A DNA stretch of 64,000 nucleotides, taken from positions 112,840,001-112,904,000 of the forward strand of contig NC_043003.1 in NCBI RefSeq assembly GCF_006345805.1. The letters are read 5' to 3'. Shown piece by piece: positions 40,136-52,560 of this stretch (its first letter is position 1; each line of letters starts with the position of its first letter). The notes beneath the pieces were generated by a model, which saw nothing but the letters and a program-made list of their open reading frames with translations, did not search any database and had not been told where the DNA came from. The DNA is from Octopus sinensis (taxonomy: Eukaryota). The position numbers and the translations under genes are program-made.

Positions 40136-41085
40136 ATATTAATTCTTCATGTTAACATATTAATTGTTTCAGTTTCATTATTTTTTCACGAAATAGAAAG
40201 ACCCTATTAAGATAATGGCGTTATTTCAATCGTGTTTTTCTATTACACGATCTTTGTTGAAGTATCTGGTAAGAGACTCATTTGTCGAATGCAGTCATAC
40301 AAGAACTGTTCAGCCCAGTTAAAAAGGAGACGATATAACTTAACAAACATAATGGCTCCTGGTTTATTAGCGAGGTTTGTGATAACATGGAATTTTTTTA
40401 AAGCTAATGTAAGACATGGAATGTTTATTCCCATTCAGAATGGTCTAGGAGCAGACACAAATGTGTTTTCTATGTGTCTATAGTGGCTATAAAATATAAT
40501 TGGTTCTGTTTTGAATATAAAGAATGATAACACCAATTTTTCACATCAAACGACGACAAAAGAAACGAACAACATCTAATCCATCTCCACAAATGAAACA
40601 ACTAGGAAAAAAGAAATATGAAGGCCAAATATAAAAAAAGTATGTGTTTATATAGAAGAGCATAATAACACTAATAACAAGCACAGAATAGAGAAAAGAG
40701 AACAACCTCTATACCCAACATGTAGAAATAGTAAGCAAATCTCCCACATCTGAGAGTCTTAAAGAAAGCAGGTCACACCTGAACTGATAAAATGGGATTA
40801 TCTTTACAAATAAGCTGAACAGCTTATATCAAACTGGCTTTGTGCATTCTCTGGTCAACTCTGATCAAGTGTATCGAGAGCTATCATGACCATCGTGTTA
40901 ATTTTCCACACCCAATTCGCCCGAATCCCTTCATATCATGAATTCATTTTTGCTAAGAGAGTTGGATGGATGCAATTTGAGACAAAATTGACTATTATTT
41001 CTAACAGTTCAAGCTGTCTCATAGAACTCCTTTGATTGGTTCATCAAAGGTATGGTACACATACATATATATATATATTATATAT

Positions 41086-41120
<35 letters not shown>

Positions 41121-41182
41121 TGTATGTGTATAAGAATGTATGTTTAAAATATAAATGTGTTTTCTAATGATGGTTGAAGTAA

Positions 41183-41217
<35 letters not shown>

Positions 41218-41542
41218 GGTCCCGGGTTGAGTCGGGGTTAACCACAGTAAATAAGGTACTCAATACATAGCAGAGTAAATTAATTTATTTTATAGAAGGA
41301 GGTAGAAGCTCCTTCTATAAAATAAATATATATATATATATATATATAATAAATAATTGAGATTCAGTTGAATTAGGTACTTAATTTGAAGCACCAAGTC
41401 AATGCAGTGTTATCCGTACAGCTCAAAGTAAAGTGAATAAAGTCAAAATAAGCAACGATATCCTGTTGCTTATTTTGATTATATATATATGTGTGTGTGT
41501 GTGTATATATATACATACGCCTATACACGCACACACACAGAC

Positions 41543-41641
<99 letters not shown>

Positions 41642-42270
41642 ATACACACACACTTTCTATTGGTTATTCGGATAGCTTTCTTCAAGAAGCTAGCGATGCT
41701 TAAACAAGCCTGATGCAATAGTAACAATAAACATAACGAGAACGCTCACTACATTGGTAGGCAAGTAGAGCAACAACAACAAGTACAGTCTCTGTAAATT
41801 TCTTGTGGCTGTTCAATACAAATTAATTGAACGCCTCTGTTTATACACAAATAGAGTGGAATGTTCCGTTGTTCTAATTAAAGGAGAATACATTTCTACT
41901 CTGCATAAAATAAGGATTCAACATATCTCACAATTATCGAATCTTCTCATTTCTCAATTAAGCTCTTATTGATTAACAATACTATCTTAGCTTTGGCACA
42001 GGTATTCAGCCCGATCACCAGTTAGAAAAACTGACACCCCACCATTTTGCCAAGCCTTGCCAACGCCCGCCGCCCTCATTAACTTCAAAGTATGAAATAC
42101 AACTAAACGCTAATTGCCTAAACAAAAGAACTTTATGTCTATCAAGTGTTGAGCATTGGTTTCGATTGATTCAGACCCGGAAATTTGGCTCCAGGGTCAC
42201 AAGTTCATATTCTGCCAAATATATATCTGCCTAAGGCTCCACAACTCATGAAAGCTCTTCTAATATTGTT

Positions 42271-42410
42271 TTCTTCTTCTTCTTCTTCTTCTTCTTCTTC
42301 TTCTTCTTCTTCTTCTTCTTCTTCTTCTTCTTCTTCTTCTTCTTCTTCTTCTTCTTCTTCTTCTTCTTCTTCTTCTTCTTCTTCTTCTTCTTCTTCTTCT
42401 TCTTCTTCTT

Positions 42411-42440
<30 letters not shown>
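42271..42440. repeat. Pure (TTC)n, about 56 units, followed by (TTA)n
   Basis: Direct reading. Confidence 0.95.
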
Positions 42441-42472
<32 letters not shown>

Positions 42473-42514
42473 CATTATTATGATTATTATTATTATTATT
42501 ATTATTATTATTTA

Positions 42515-42725
42515 GGCGGTGAGTGGCAGAATTGTTAGCACGCCGGGCGAAATGCTTTGCGGCACTTCGGCTGTCTGCACGTTCTGAGTTCAAATTCCGC
42601 CGAGATTGACTTTGCCATTCGTCCTTTCGGGGTCGATAAATTAAGTACCAGTGAAACACAGGGATCAATGGAGGCGACTAGACACTCCCTTAAAATTCTA
42701 GGCCTTGTGATTATAGTAGAAAAGA
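42515..42725 (+). mobile_element. Family B SINE monomer (tail B)
   Basis: ggcggtgagtggcagaattgttagcacgccgggcg head plus Deu-like domain. Confidence 0.85.
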
Positions 42726-42744
42726 TTATCATTAATATTATCAT

Positions 42745-44500
42745 TATCATCTTCTTTCAATTTTGCTTCCATTTCTTGCTGAGTGTCTTCCTAACACCTA
42801 GGGCAGAGAAACTCACTGTATACATTGATAGATCATTAAACACACCAGAATGTGCATTTACAAAGTCATGTGATAGAGAAAAAGATGAAGAAAGACAGAG
42901 AGAAAAATAAAAGGAAAAATCAAAGGAATTTAGCAAAGAAAATAAAGGGGAAAAAAAAAAAGAAAAATCGCAGGGACAATGCTCTTCGCAGTAGGCGTGA
43001 CGTAGCAGTCAAGACACACTTTTGTACTTCCTGTATGGATAGTAAACCCGGAATCATTCTTAAGTTCTTTTCTTGATCATTCCAAGTGCTCCTACAATCA
43101 TTAGTATTGTAACCGTCTCGAGATGCCACATCTTTTCGATTTCGATTAGCACATGTCTATATTTGCTGTGCTTATCAAATGCTTTTGCCGAGATATTATG
43201 TTTATACCAATCAATAAAGAGACTTTATTGTTTTGGTCTTTCACAGCAATATCTGGTTTATTTGCTTTGATGGTCCGGTCTGTACATACGGGAAAGTCTC
43301 AAAGAACCGTTACATTTCTCCCTCAGTTACAGCCTCAGGGTGGTGCTTTTACCATTTGTCAGCAGTTTTGATTTGGTAATACCGACATATCACCCAGTGT
43401 AGATATTGGCCAACTTTGTCATGTCTTGATTTATACTCTACAAGTGCTAAAACGTGATACCCAGGGATTAGGCGGTCCACTGTTTCGATTCCTTCGTTGC
43501 AGTATCAATACTTTGGGTCTACTCCATTTTTCATCACACTGGCTTGATAGTTCCGGGTCAATAAGCTCTGATCTTGAGCAGCCAAAATAAAGTCTTCACG
43601 CTCTCCATTTAGCCTTGAGCTCCATAGCCACTTATGCGTGTGTGTGCATCTGTTCTACATCAGTTTATTTGCTACGGGCCACATATTTGCCATGCAGAGG
43701 TTTTTGCTCCCACCTATCAGCCAATTGTTCAAACGCATTTTGTTTTGCTATTGATTTCACCCTCTTTGCAACTACAGTTGCTATACTTCCATCATGCTGT
43801 TCAACCTGGGTATTATGCATAAAATCGCTTGAAAATATTTTGTTCTCTTTTATAACAGAATGAAACTTGTTACGTGTTTCATGGTTTTCAACGAGCTTTA
43901 GCATCCTGTCGTTAGATGTTTCAAGATATTTTGCCAGTCCAATTGTGGTGGTTTTGTATGAGATTTCAAATTGGATCAAACCTCAATATCCTTGAGCTCT
44001 GGGTAAGTAAACACGATCTGCATCTGCCTTTGGGTGGTCCATCGTATCGTAAGTCAGCAGCTTAAGGTTTTCCTATCAATCTTCTTTATTTCGCTCATAT
44101 TCCAGTTCAACACGTTGAGACTTTAAATAACAACCGGAACTGCTAAGGAATTTGTAGCTAACACCTTGTTACGTGCATTTTAGGAGTGTTCGAATCCTTC
44201 TGAAACATTCCTTCCTAGTCTTCTCTTTCATGCTTGAATGCTGAATGTCAGATCCCTCATGTATTCCGAGGTATTTGTGAGTGTGTTCCTGCTTAAATTT
44301 GTTTCTTTTGTAACTGTGTCAACATCTAACACCACTGAATATGAGGTATTCAATTTTCCTTTCAGGAAGGCAGCCTTGGCACATTTATCGAAACCAAATT
44401 CCATTCCGGTGTCACCACTGAATGCTTTCACTGTGCGCAATACTCTTTGGTATTCCTTTTGGAATACCAGTTACGTACACTCCCATTCACAATATGCCAT
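42745..44500 (-). mobile_element. R4/Dong-type element 3' half (RT thumb, CCHC region, RLE, 3' UTR)
   Basis: TVKAFSGDTGMEFGFDKCAK, WEQKPLHGKY, IQEVQKCVLTATSRLLRRALSL; 3' UTR matches 48350-48410. Confidence 0.85.
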
Positions 44501-45110
44501 ACAGTCTCACCGTTATCACCGCACACCTTGAACTTGTTACTTTCAGCTGTATTGTCAATTCGGCATTTGGTATAATTCGTCCTGCGCAGCACAGATAAGC
44601 GCATTTGTCTTTGGTTTTAAGTCATTCTTCTTTAGCCAGTGCCATTTTCCATCGGCATCTGTAATCCTGCTCACATCGCTCGCAAACTGACCGTACATCT
44701 TTTGACCATTCCATTTTCTTTCGTTTCCTTATTCTATTTTCCACTGTGCTCTTTTGTCCCCACGCAAGTATCTCTCTCGACTAAGACAGATATTCTCACC
44801 TGAACCAGCAATGTTTCTTATGGCACCCGTGATATACCACCCAAAGCTATTTCGTTCTGAACCTATACAACGTTTACTGTTCATTAACCCTCGCACACTT
44901 TTGTGCTTAGTTAGCTACCTTTCAGTTTCACACTTTCGGTAAAATGCTCCGCGTATTTTATTTAGTTTTCTCGAATTTTGGTCCAGCCTCTGTAACTCTG
45001 CTCTTCTCCAAATGACAATGCCTGCACCAGAGCTCAATAATGCATACATCAATGTATTGATTGCTTGAAATTATTTCTTCTCTTCAGTTTCATTATTTAA
45101 TTTATTAATA
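44500..45110 (-). mobile_element. Second, older R4/Dong subfamily fragment
   Basis: SSGAGIVIWRRAELQRLDQNSRK-like reading and tail-region similarity to other Dong pieces. Confidence 0.5.
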
Positions 45111-46644
45111 TTATTTTTGTTCTCAGATATTAGAAACAAATGTTGAACGCCTTCATCTGTTTCACCAAATAATCTTGTTTTTGGCCAATTAGGGAATTTG
45201 TTGCGGCATTCAAACTATGTGAAATTGACAATGAGATAACACTCTTTTCTCTTCTTTGTTGAACGTCAAATTCGACGTCACACTTTCTAATTTTTACAAT
45301 AAATTATTAAACAAATCTTTTTAGGAATTCTATATGGTACCTCAACAAAGAGGTTGTGCTCAGTTTCATAAGTTCAGTTTTGCGCAGTAAATTCCAATAA
45401 CATTTCCTTTAAGCCAGAAGTTGAATAACACATATTTAACTTGTTTATAAATTTAGAAGATTTGTGATAATGATTTGTCCCGTGATACGCTAAAAGATTT
45501 TACACGCTGTGTATAAATTGGCAAATAGATCTAATCTTTATTTAAAACTGGTGTAATTTCTCCCCTGTATCTCTTTAACTCTTATATGTGTGCCTGTGGT
45601 TATATATGAATGATTCTTGATAGCGCATTCTTTACATCTTGCAATCATTATTACATACAAAACTTAATGGGTGGCATTGAATGAACAGAACTGTTTATTT
45701 GTTCAGATTGTCAGGTTGACTACATTGGGTTTATCCAAGGCCAGATTGTTCCTAACTATTCTTATTAATGAGTAATACAGATTAGGACAAAATTCAATGG
45801 ACACCCTCAATTTTTGAATGTGTGTACGCGTGTGTTTGTGTTTGCGTGTGTGTGCACATACACACAACACACACAAACACACGTACATACATGTATGAAT
45901 GTAATGTATACATGTATGTATGTATGCATGTTCACAAATATCACAAAGACACTTGATAGACAATACAAACCACAAACGAAATCTCACCCTTTTTCCCTTC
46001 TCCCTCTGTATCCACCGCAGCTCCATTTCAAACTAATATGGCTGTCTCCCTCCTCTCTTTTCCTCATTATTTTTTGTTTTACATTATACTTATTCTTCTG
46101 TCATTGCGTGTACTCCCATTTCCCATTTTTATCTTGGTTCCTCTATATTTATTTTTCTTATCTGTCAGTGTTATTGTACCGTATTTCATCAAAGAATACT
46201 AGTATTATCCATTTCGTCTCTTCGTAACCGCTTTTAATATCTCCAGACATGACAGGAAACTTCAAGATATGTTGAAGTCAGAAATCTACGTTGAGGACTA
46301 TATCGCAGAGTGAATACATACGGTGTCAATCTAAAATCTTACATTTTGCTAATACACTGGCTTAAACAAGATATACAACTTAAAAAAAAAGAAAAGAATA
46401 TGTCATCATCTGTTCTTTCATTCCGAGATTATGGAAGACATTGGTTGATGATATACACAACATACTTTCTAACTTTTGTTGAAGAAAACAATGGAAGGAT
46501 CTTAATGCAAAACTGAGGGTAATCATTAGTTTGAGGAGTAGCTTATCACAGCAATATGCAGAAACTAGTTCCGCGTCTCTGTTTCGTACATTTATATACA
46601 ATGTGTACTACTTTAAATATATATCTGGCAATATTAATAATAAT

Positions 46645-46988
46645 CCTTTCTACTAAAGACACATGGCCGGAAATTTTGTTGGTGGGTGGGGAGGGGTCTA
46701 GTCGATTACATAGACTCCAGTGTTAAGCTCAGAACGTGGCGGCAGACGAAATACTGCTAGCCATTTCGCCCGGCGAGCTAACAACGATTCTTTTCTACTC
46801 TAGGCACAAGGCCAGAAGTTTGGGGGGAGGGGACCAGTCGATTATACAACTGGTACTTAATTTATCAAGTCCGAAAGGATGAAAGGCAAAGTAGATCTCG
46901 GCGAAATTTGAACTCAGAACGTAAAGACAGACGAAATACTGTTAAGCATTTTGCACGACGTGCTAACGATTCTGGCAGCTCATCACCT
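46645..46988 (-). mobile_element. Family B SINE dimer (tail B), second unit internally deleted
   Basis: Junction gtagaaaagaat|cgttgttagc on the minus strand. Confidence 0.75.
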
Positions 46989-46992
46989 ATTC

Positions 46993-47041
<49 letters not shown>

Positions 47042-47059
47042 GTAATAATAATAATAAAG

Positions 47060-47402
47060 AAGAAAAATATATACCACACAAAGAGAAAAGGTTAAATATG
47101 GAGAACGGAGAATTGAGATCGCTAAGATGAGGCAGCTCTGAGACTCAAACATAAAGGTTGTCCTTATTGTCATCGGAGCAGTGGGTTTATTACCACCGAA
47201 TCTGAGAAACCATCTGAAAACCTTAGGAATACCCTACAACCTAGATGTATTGCAAAATTCGGCATCACTTGGAACTGCACGCATATTGCGTAAAGTACTG
47301 TCTATCTGAGGTCCTGGTTATCACTTGACAAACAGTACAAACCCCCGGTAGACACAATATCTTCAATCAACAACATCACAATGTTGTATATTGTGCGACG
47401 TC
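47060..47402 (+). mobile_element. R4/Dong-type extreme 3' end with (TAC)n tail
   Basis: IVIGAVG..LQNSASLGTAHILRKVLSI*; preceded by (TAA)n, followed by (TAC)n then (TAA)n. Confidence 0.8.
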
Positions 47403-47404
47403 TA

Positions 47405-47457
<53 letters not shown>

Positions 47458-47474
47458 ATAATATAATAATAATA

Positions 47475-47509
<35 letters not shown>

Positions 47510-47547
47510 TTAATAATAATAATATTAATAATAATAATAATAATTAC

Positions 47548-47577
<30 letters not shown>

Positions 47578-47578
<1 letters not shown>

Positions 47579-48410
47579 GTGAAAGCGGAAAGTGAAGGTT
47601 TCATATTAGCTGCTCAAGACCAAAGCTTATTAACCCAGAACTACCAAGCCAATGTGATGAAAAATGGAGCTGACCCAAAATGCCGATTCTGTAACGATGA
47701 GATTGAAACAATAGACCACCTAATCTCAGGATGTAGAGTCTTAGCACCTGTAGAATATAAAGCAAGACATGACAGAGTTGGCCAGTATCTACACTAGACA
47801 ATATGTCGGCATTATAAAATCAAAACCGCTGACAAATGGTATAAACATCATCCTGAAGTTGTGACTGAGGGAGAAAATGTATCGATTCTATCGGACTTCC
47901 CCGTACAAACCGACAAAACTATAAATGCTAATAAACCGGATATTATTATAAAAGATGAGACAAAAAGGATGTGTGTATTAATTGACATGAGTATCCCTTG
48001 CGATCACAATATAGCGGCGAAAGAATTTGACAAGATCAGTAAATATAAAGACTTGCTAATAGAAATTGAAAAAAATGTCGCATCTCAAGGCAACTACAGC
48101 ACCAGTGATTGTAGGATCTCTAGGAATGATAAAAAAGGTACTGAAACCTATTTTAAAATGATACCAGGCTTACCATCCTTACAGGAAGTGCAAAAAATCG
48201 TGTTAACTGGAACGGCTCATGTACTGAGAAGAGCATTATCGCTGTGAAAACAACATCCATTCATGAATTTATTTATAAATTTTTTAAATACATATTTTAC
48301 CTGTGAATTTGCGTGTGTAATCTGGGAATGCATACAATGAGCTTCTCTGTCCTAGGTGTACGGAAAACATTCGGCGAGAAACGGAAGAAAATTTGAAGAA
48401 TGAAGGAAAA
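47578..48410 (+). mobile_element. R4/Dong-type 5'-truncated copy (CCHC + RLE) between (TAA)n tracts
   Basis: KAESEGFILAAQDQSL, CRFCNDEIETIDHLISGC, NKPDIIIKD..LIDMSIP..KISKYKDL. Confidence 0.9.
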
Positions 48411-48424
48411 ATAATAATAATAAG

Positions 48425-49740
48425 TACCATGTACGCATAATATTAGAAGATGTAATTATACAGGTATCAAAACTGCAAAGCTGGAAAGAGGCAAAACCAG
48501 ACGGGATTCAAGGTTTCTAGCAGAAGTAGTTTAGGTCAAGACACAAACGAAGTGTGCTGCAATTAGATAATTGCCTACATAGTGGTGCAGTTGTAGAGAG
48601 AGAGAGAGAAGCATTGTGGAAAGATTAGTCAAAGGGCAGTGAGATTAGTAATTACCGGCTCATTACGTGTCTTAGCATCTTATGGAAAGTGCTAAGTGGC
48701 ATCCCCACACAGAAAAATATATTTTCCTTGCGGAAATCAATCAACTTCCAGTGGAAAATAAGGGATCCCGAAAAGAATCCAAAGGTCCACCTTGTGATAA
48801 TAGACTGTACGGGAGTACATCAACAGTGAAAGAAGAAATATGGTAGAGTATCTGGTAAACAGCAAACAAAACCCAGTTCAGTATGCTGCTAATGCAGAAG
48901 GATTTACCAGAAATGGATTTGAGAGTATTAATGTAGTCTACTCCGTATGGAAGTTACATGGTCAGTTTCAAAGTGAAACTAACAACTTAAAAGATCAGGA
49001 AGCATCATGGAGGTGACTCAGCAAGGTGACTTTAAAAAGAAGCCTGAAAGCTTAATCCTCGCTGCCCAAGACCAGGCATTGAAGACCAACTCAGTGAAAA
49101 GAGATATATACCAGATAATGTGCAACACATCTCAGAATGTGTAGAAAGGAGGTCGGAAGCGTGATTCACATTGTTAGTGCTTACGAAAGTCTTGCGGAGA
49201 AAGAGTAGAGGCGCAGGCACGACCGGGTAGGCTCAAACATTCACTGGTTAAATATGCCAGAGACGAGGTTTTGGTATGGATACGAGCTCGGTACCAACAT
49301 ATACCAGAAAAGGTAATTAACGAAAAGGGTAAGGCAAAGAACCTGACTTTCACACAAACAATATCAAGAGCACTGAATATAGTAATCTTTAGGCGGGATA
49401 AAGAAGAGTGCCTAATAATCGGTACGGCAATGCCAGAAAAGATGATAAATATGGAAACCTGAGAATTGAGATCGCCAAGATGAGGTAGATGCAAGAATCA
49501 AACATAAAATTTGTCCCTGTTGTCAATGAAAACATTGGGTTCGATACGACCGAACATGAAGAAACATCCGGAACCTTTAAAAATGCCTTATAATGTTGGT
49601 GTATTGTAAAAATCGGTTTTACTTTGAACACACGTCTTCTGCGTAAAGTAGTGTCTGAAGAATTTGTTGTGATTTGACAGAAAGGGCAGATCACCGGTAA
49701 ACACAACATCTTCAGTCTACGGAATCACAGTATTGGATAC
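48425..49740 (+). mobile_element. Decayed R4/Dong-type fragment(s)
   Basis: Nucleotide similarity to 47060-47402 at the 3' end (gagaattgagatcgccaagatgagg); gctgcccaagaccaggca corresponds to AAQDQA. Confidence 0.65.
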
Positions 49741-49987
49741 TGTGCGATGACAGAATGTTGGGTAATTTATTTCCTCCTGGGTAGCAACGGCAAATCTCTA
49801 GATGCGAGAGCAATACTACATCCTGGGCTGTTGTTAGTATTATAGCGAGTCATCAACTGATGGGGATAAAATATTTTCTGATCTCAAGGGGACATGTAAC
49901 TTCCATACAGAGTAGAATTTTATAATGCCGACATATTGTCTAGTGTTTTACTAGTCGAAACTTCGAAGTCACAGTCAATTACACGCT

Positions 49988-50404
49988 TACTCTTTTACTC
50001 TTCTATCTGTTTTAGTCATTTGACTGTGGTTATGCTGGAGCACCGCCTTTAATCGAGCAAATCGACCCCAGGACTTATTCTTTGTAAGCCTAGTACTTAT
50101 TCTATCGGTCACGTTTGCCGAAGTGCTAAGTTATAGGAACGTAAACACACCAGCATCGGTTGTCAAGCGATGTTGGGAGGACAAACACAGACACACGAAC
50201 ATATACACACATATGCATATATATATATATATATACACATATATACGACGGACTTCTTTCAGTTTCCGTCTACCTAATCCACTCACAAGGCGTTGGTCGG
50301 CCCGAGGCTGCAGTAGAAGACACTTGCCCAAGGTGCCACGCAGTGAGACTGAACCCGGAACCATGCAGTTGGTAAGCAAATTACTTACCACACAGCCACT
50401 CCTA
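49988..50404 (-). mobile_element. CORE-like SINE family A, full length
   Basis: Reverse complement of the 24837 copy. Confidence 0.9.
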
Positions 50405-50489
50405 AGAATAATAAATTTGTACTCCACAAAAGTGTAGAGTGACCCCTCAGCTTATTTTTTTATAACTAAACAGAACAAGCATTAATGGA

Positions 50490-50557
<68 letters not shown>

Positions 50558-50734
50558 GACAAGCAATACTTATAAGGATATAGCATATGGAGACTGATAC
50601 CTCATCAAATTTATTTCCTTTTATTTTACAATTTCATACAACGTATTTTATGGTAATTATGACCCACACGTTCTTCCTGTGCGCAGAGTATGGGCAGTTG
50701 CACATGCAACCGACCAATATCTTCTGTGCTGCTT

Positions 50735-51047
50735 TTGTTGTTTGTTTGTTCCTTCTCGATCCATGCCTGGCTCATAAGGGTCGGTTTCCCGGTTTCCTTG
50801 GCGTATAGGTTCCCCACCTGGACGGGACGCCGGTCCGTCGCAGGTGAGCTGCAAGATGCAGGAGGAAAGAGTGAGAGAAAGTTGTGGCGAAAGAGTCAGC
50901 AGAAGTTTTGCCATTATCTTCTGCCGGAGCCGCGTGGAACTTAGGTGTTTTCGCTCATAAACACACACATCGCCCGGTCTGAGATTGGAACTGGCGATCC
51001 CTCTACCGCATGTCCGCTGCTCTAACCACTAGGCCATGTGCCCCCAC
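50735..51047 (-). mobile_element. SINE M1+T2 (same family as 4915)
   Basis: Reverse-complement match across head, middle and tail; (AAAC)n-like tail. Confidence 0.88.
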
Positions 51048-51875
51048 CATTGGGCTGCTTCGTCCAGGGTTGTAACAAACATAAAAATACACTACAGATA
51101 ATATTAATTTGATACCTAATAGTGTCTGAATGTGCAGATAAGTTCGTCCTAAGACGGTGCTTCTATTTAAGTACCTAATTCAACTTGGATCTAAGGTATA
51201 TTTTATATAAAAGAAGATATATATATATATATATATATATATGAAGAGAGCGAGAGAGATTGATAGCCAAATGGATAGATAGATAAATATGTGCGACGAA
51301 GCAGAGATAAATGAGGGGCGTGACTCTACGAATGTTAGAAGAGAGGGTGCTTAATGGGTGTTACAGCAATGTGTCACGCCAGTTTTATACTTGATCAGAC
51401 AAGTATGTGATGATGTGCTGGTGCCTGAAAGAATTACAGTGGAGAATGGTAAACCTGATGTATACAGATAAATGCTCGCTCTCTCCTGGGGCAAGTTTGT
51501 AACTGATAGTCCCGTTCCTTTGCTAGTGAAATGGCTTTTTCTTCTTGTCGTTTTACTGATAACGTTAGAGCGATAAATTATATTCCTTAAATCCTCAAAA
51601 AATATTTTAGCCCGAAGGTCGCGGCAATGCTGGGGCACCACCGCATATTGTTAATGCTTTTTTATAAATTTCTGTTGGTCACTGTGTTGAGCTGTCTCAA
51701 ATATTGTGTAAGATATTGGGTCTCATTTCTCTTTCGATCACACACACACACACATTTAGATCGATTGATATACACACATACATATACATACACAAACACA
51801 CTCATACATCCATGCGTGCACACATACATACAGACACATGCACACAAACACTAGTGGAGAGGGAGGAATATATTT

Positions 51876-52173
51876 ATCGTGAAGTATTTTTGCCACTTAA
51901 ATGTGGCTAACCCTTAAGGGTGGATGCTACTGTAGCTTGTAGCCCCAGGGGGACACCTCCTCCAGCTGTCTATTGACAAACTATCAGTATTTGCAAAGGG
52001 AGTCCGTGTGTATCATAGGTTGAAGAGGGGAAGGTTGGCTTCCCTTTGCAAATACTGATAGGGCACAGAAAGTGTGTCAATAGCCACCTGGAGGAGGTGT
52101 CTTCCTGGGGCTACAAGCTACAGTAGCATCCATCCTTAGGGGTTATCCACATCTAAATGCCAAATATACTTCA

Positions 52174-52178
<5 letters not shown>
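51876..52178. mobile_element. GC-rich foldback element (about 100-bp outer arms plus a perfect 21-bp inner inverted repeat)
   Basis: tatcgtgaagta..ggatgctactgtagcttgtagccccagg vs cctggggctacaagctacagtagcatcc..tacttcacgata; inner ctatcagtatttgcaaaggga (51981) / tccctttgcaaatactgatag (52041). Confidence 0.85.
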
Positions 52179-52217
<39 letters not shown>

Positions 52218-52219
<2 letters not shown>

Positions 52220-52545
52220 TCTTTGACTCCGCCGGTTACGACGACGAGGGTCCCAGCTGATATGATCAACGGAACAGCTTGCTCGTGAAATTAACGTGCA
52301 AATGGCTGAGCATTCCACAGACACGTGTACCCTTAACGTAGTTCTCGGGGATAATCAGCGTGACACAGAGAGTGACAAGGCTGACCCTTTGAAATACAAG
52401 TACAACTCATTTTTGCCAGCTGAGTGGACTGGAGCAACGTGAAATAAAGTGTCTTGCTCAAGGACACAACGCGTCGCCGGGAATCGAACTCACAACCTTA
52501 CGATCATGAGCCGAATGCCCTAACCACTAAGCCACGCGCCCTCAC
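52218..52545 (-). mobile_element. SINE with CORE-like middle M2 + tail T1, inserted in (TA)n
   Basis: Head gtggcttagtggttagggc, B box gagttcgattcc, ccttgagcaagacacttt; tail matches about 15200-15380. Confidence 0.88.
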
Positions 52546-52560
52546 ATTATATATATATAT

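Noticed and set aside
40232-40483. Coding exon (83-aa plus / 63-aa minus ORFs)
   Set aside because: No recognisable domain, and the minus frame has a stop right after the only good acceptor.
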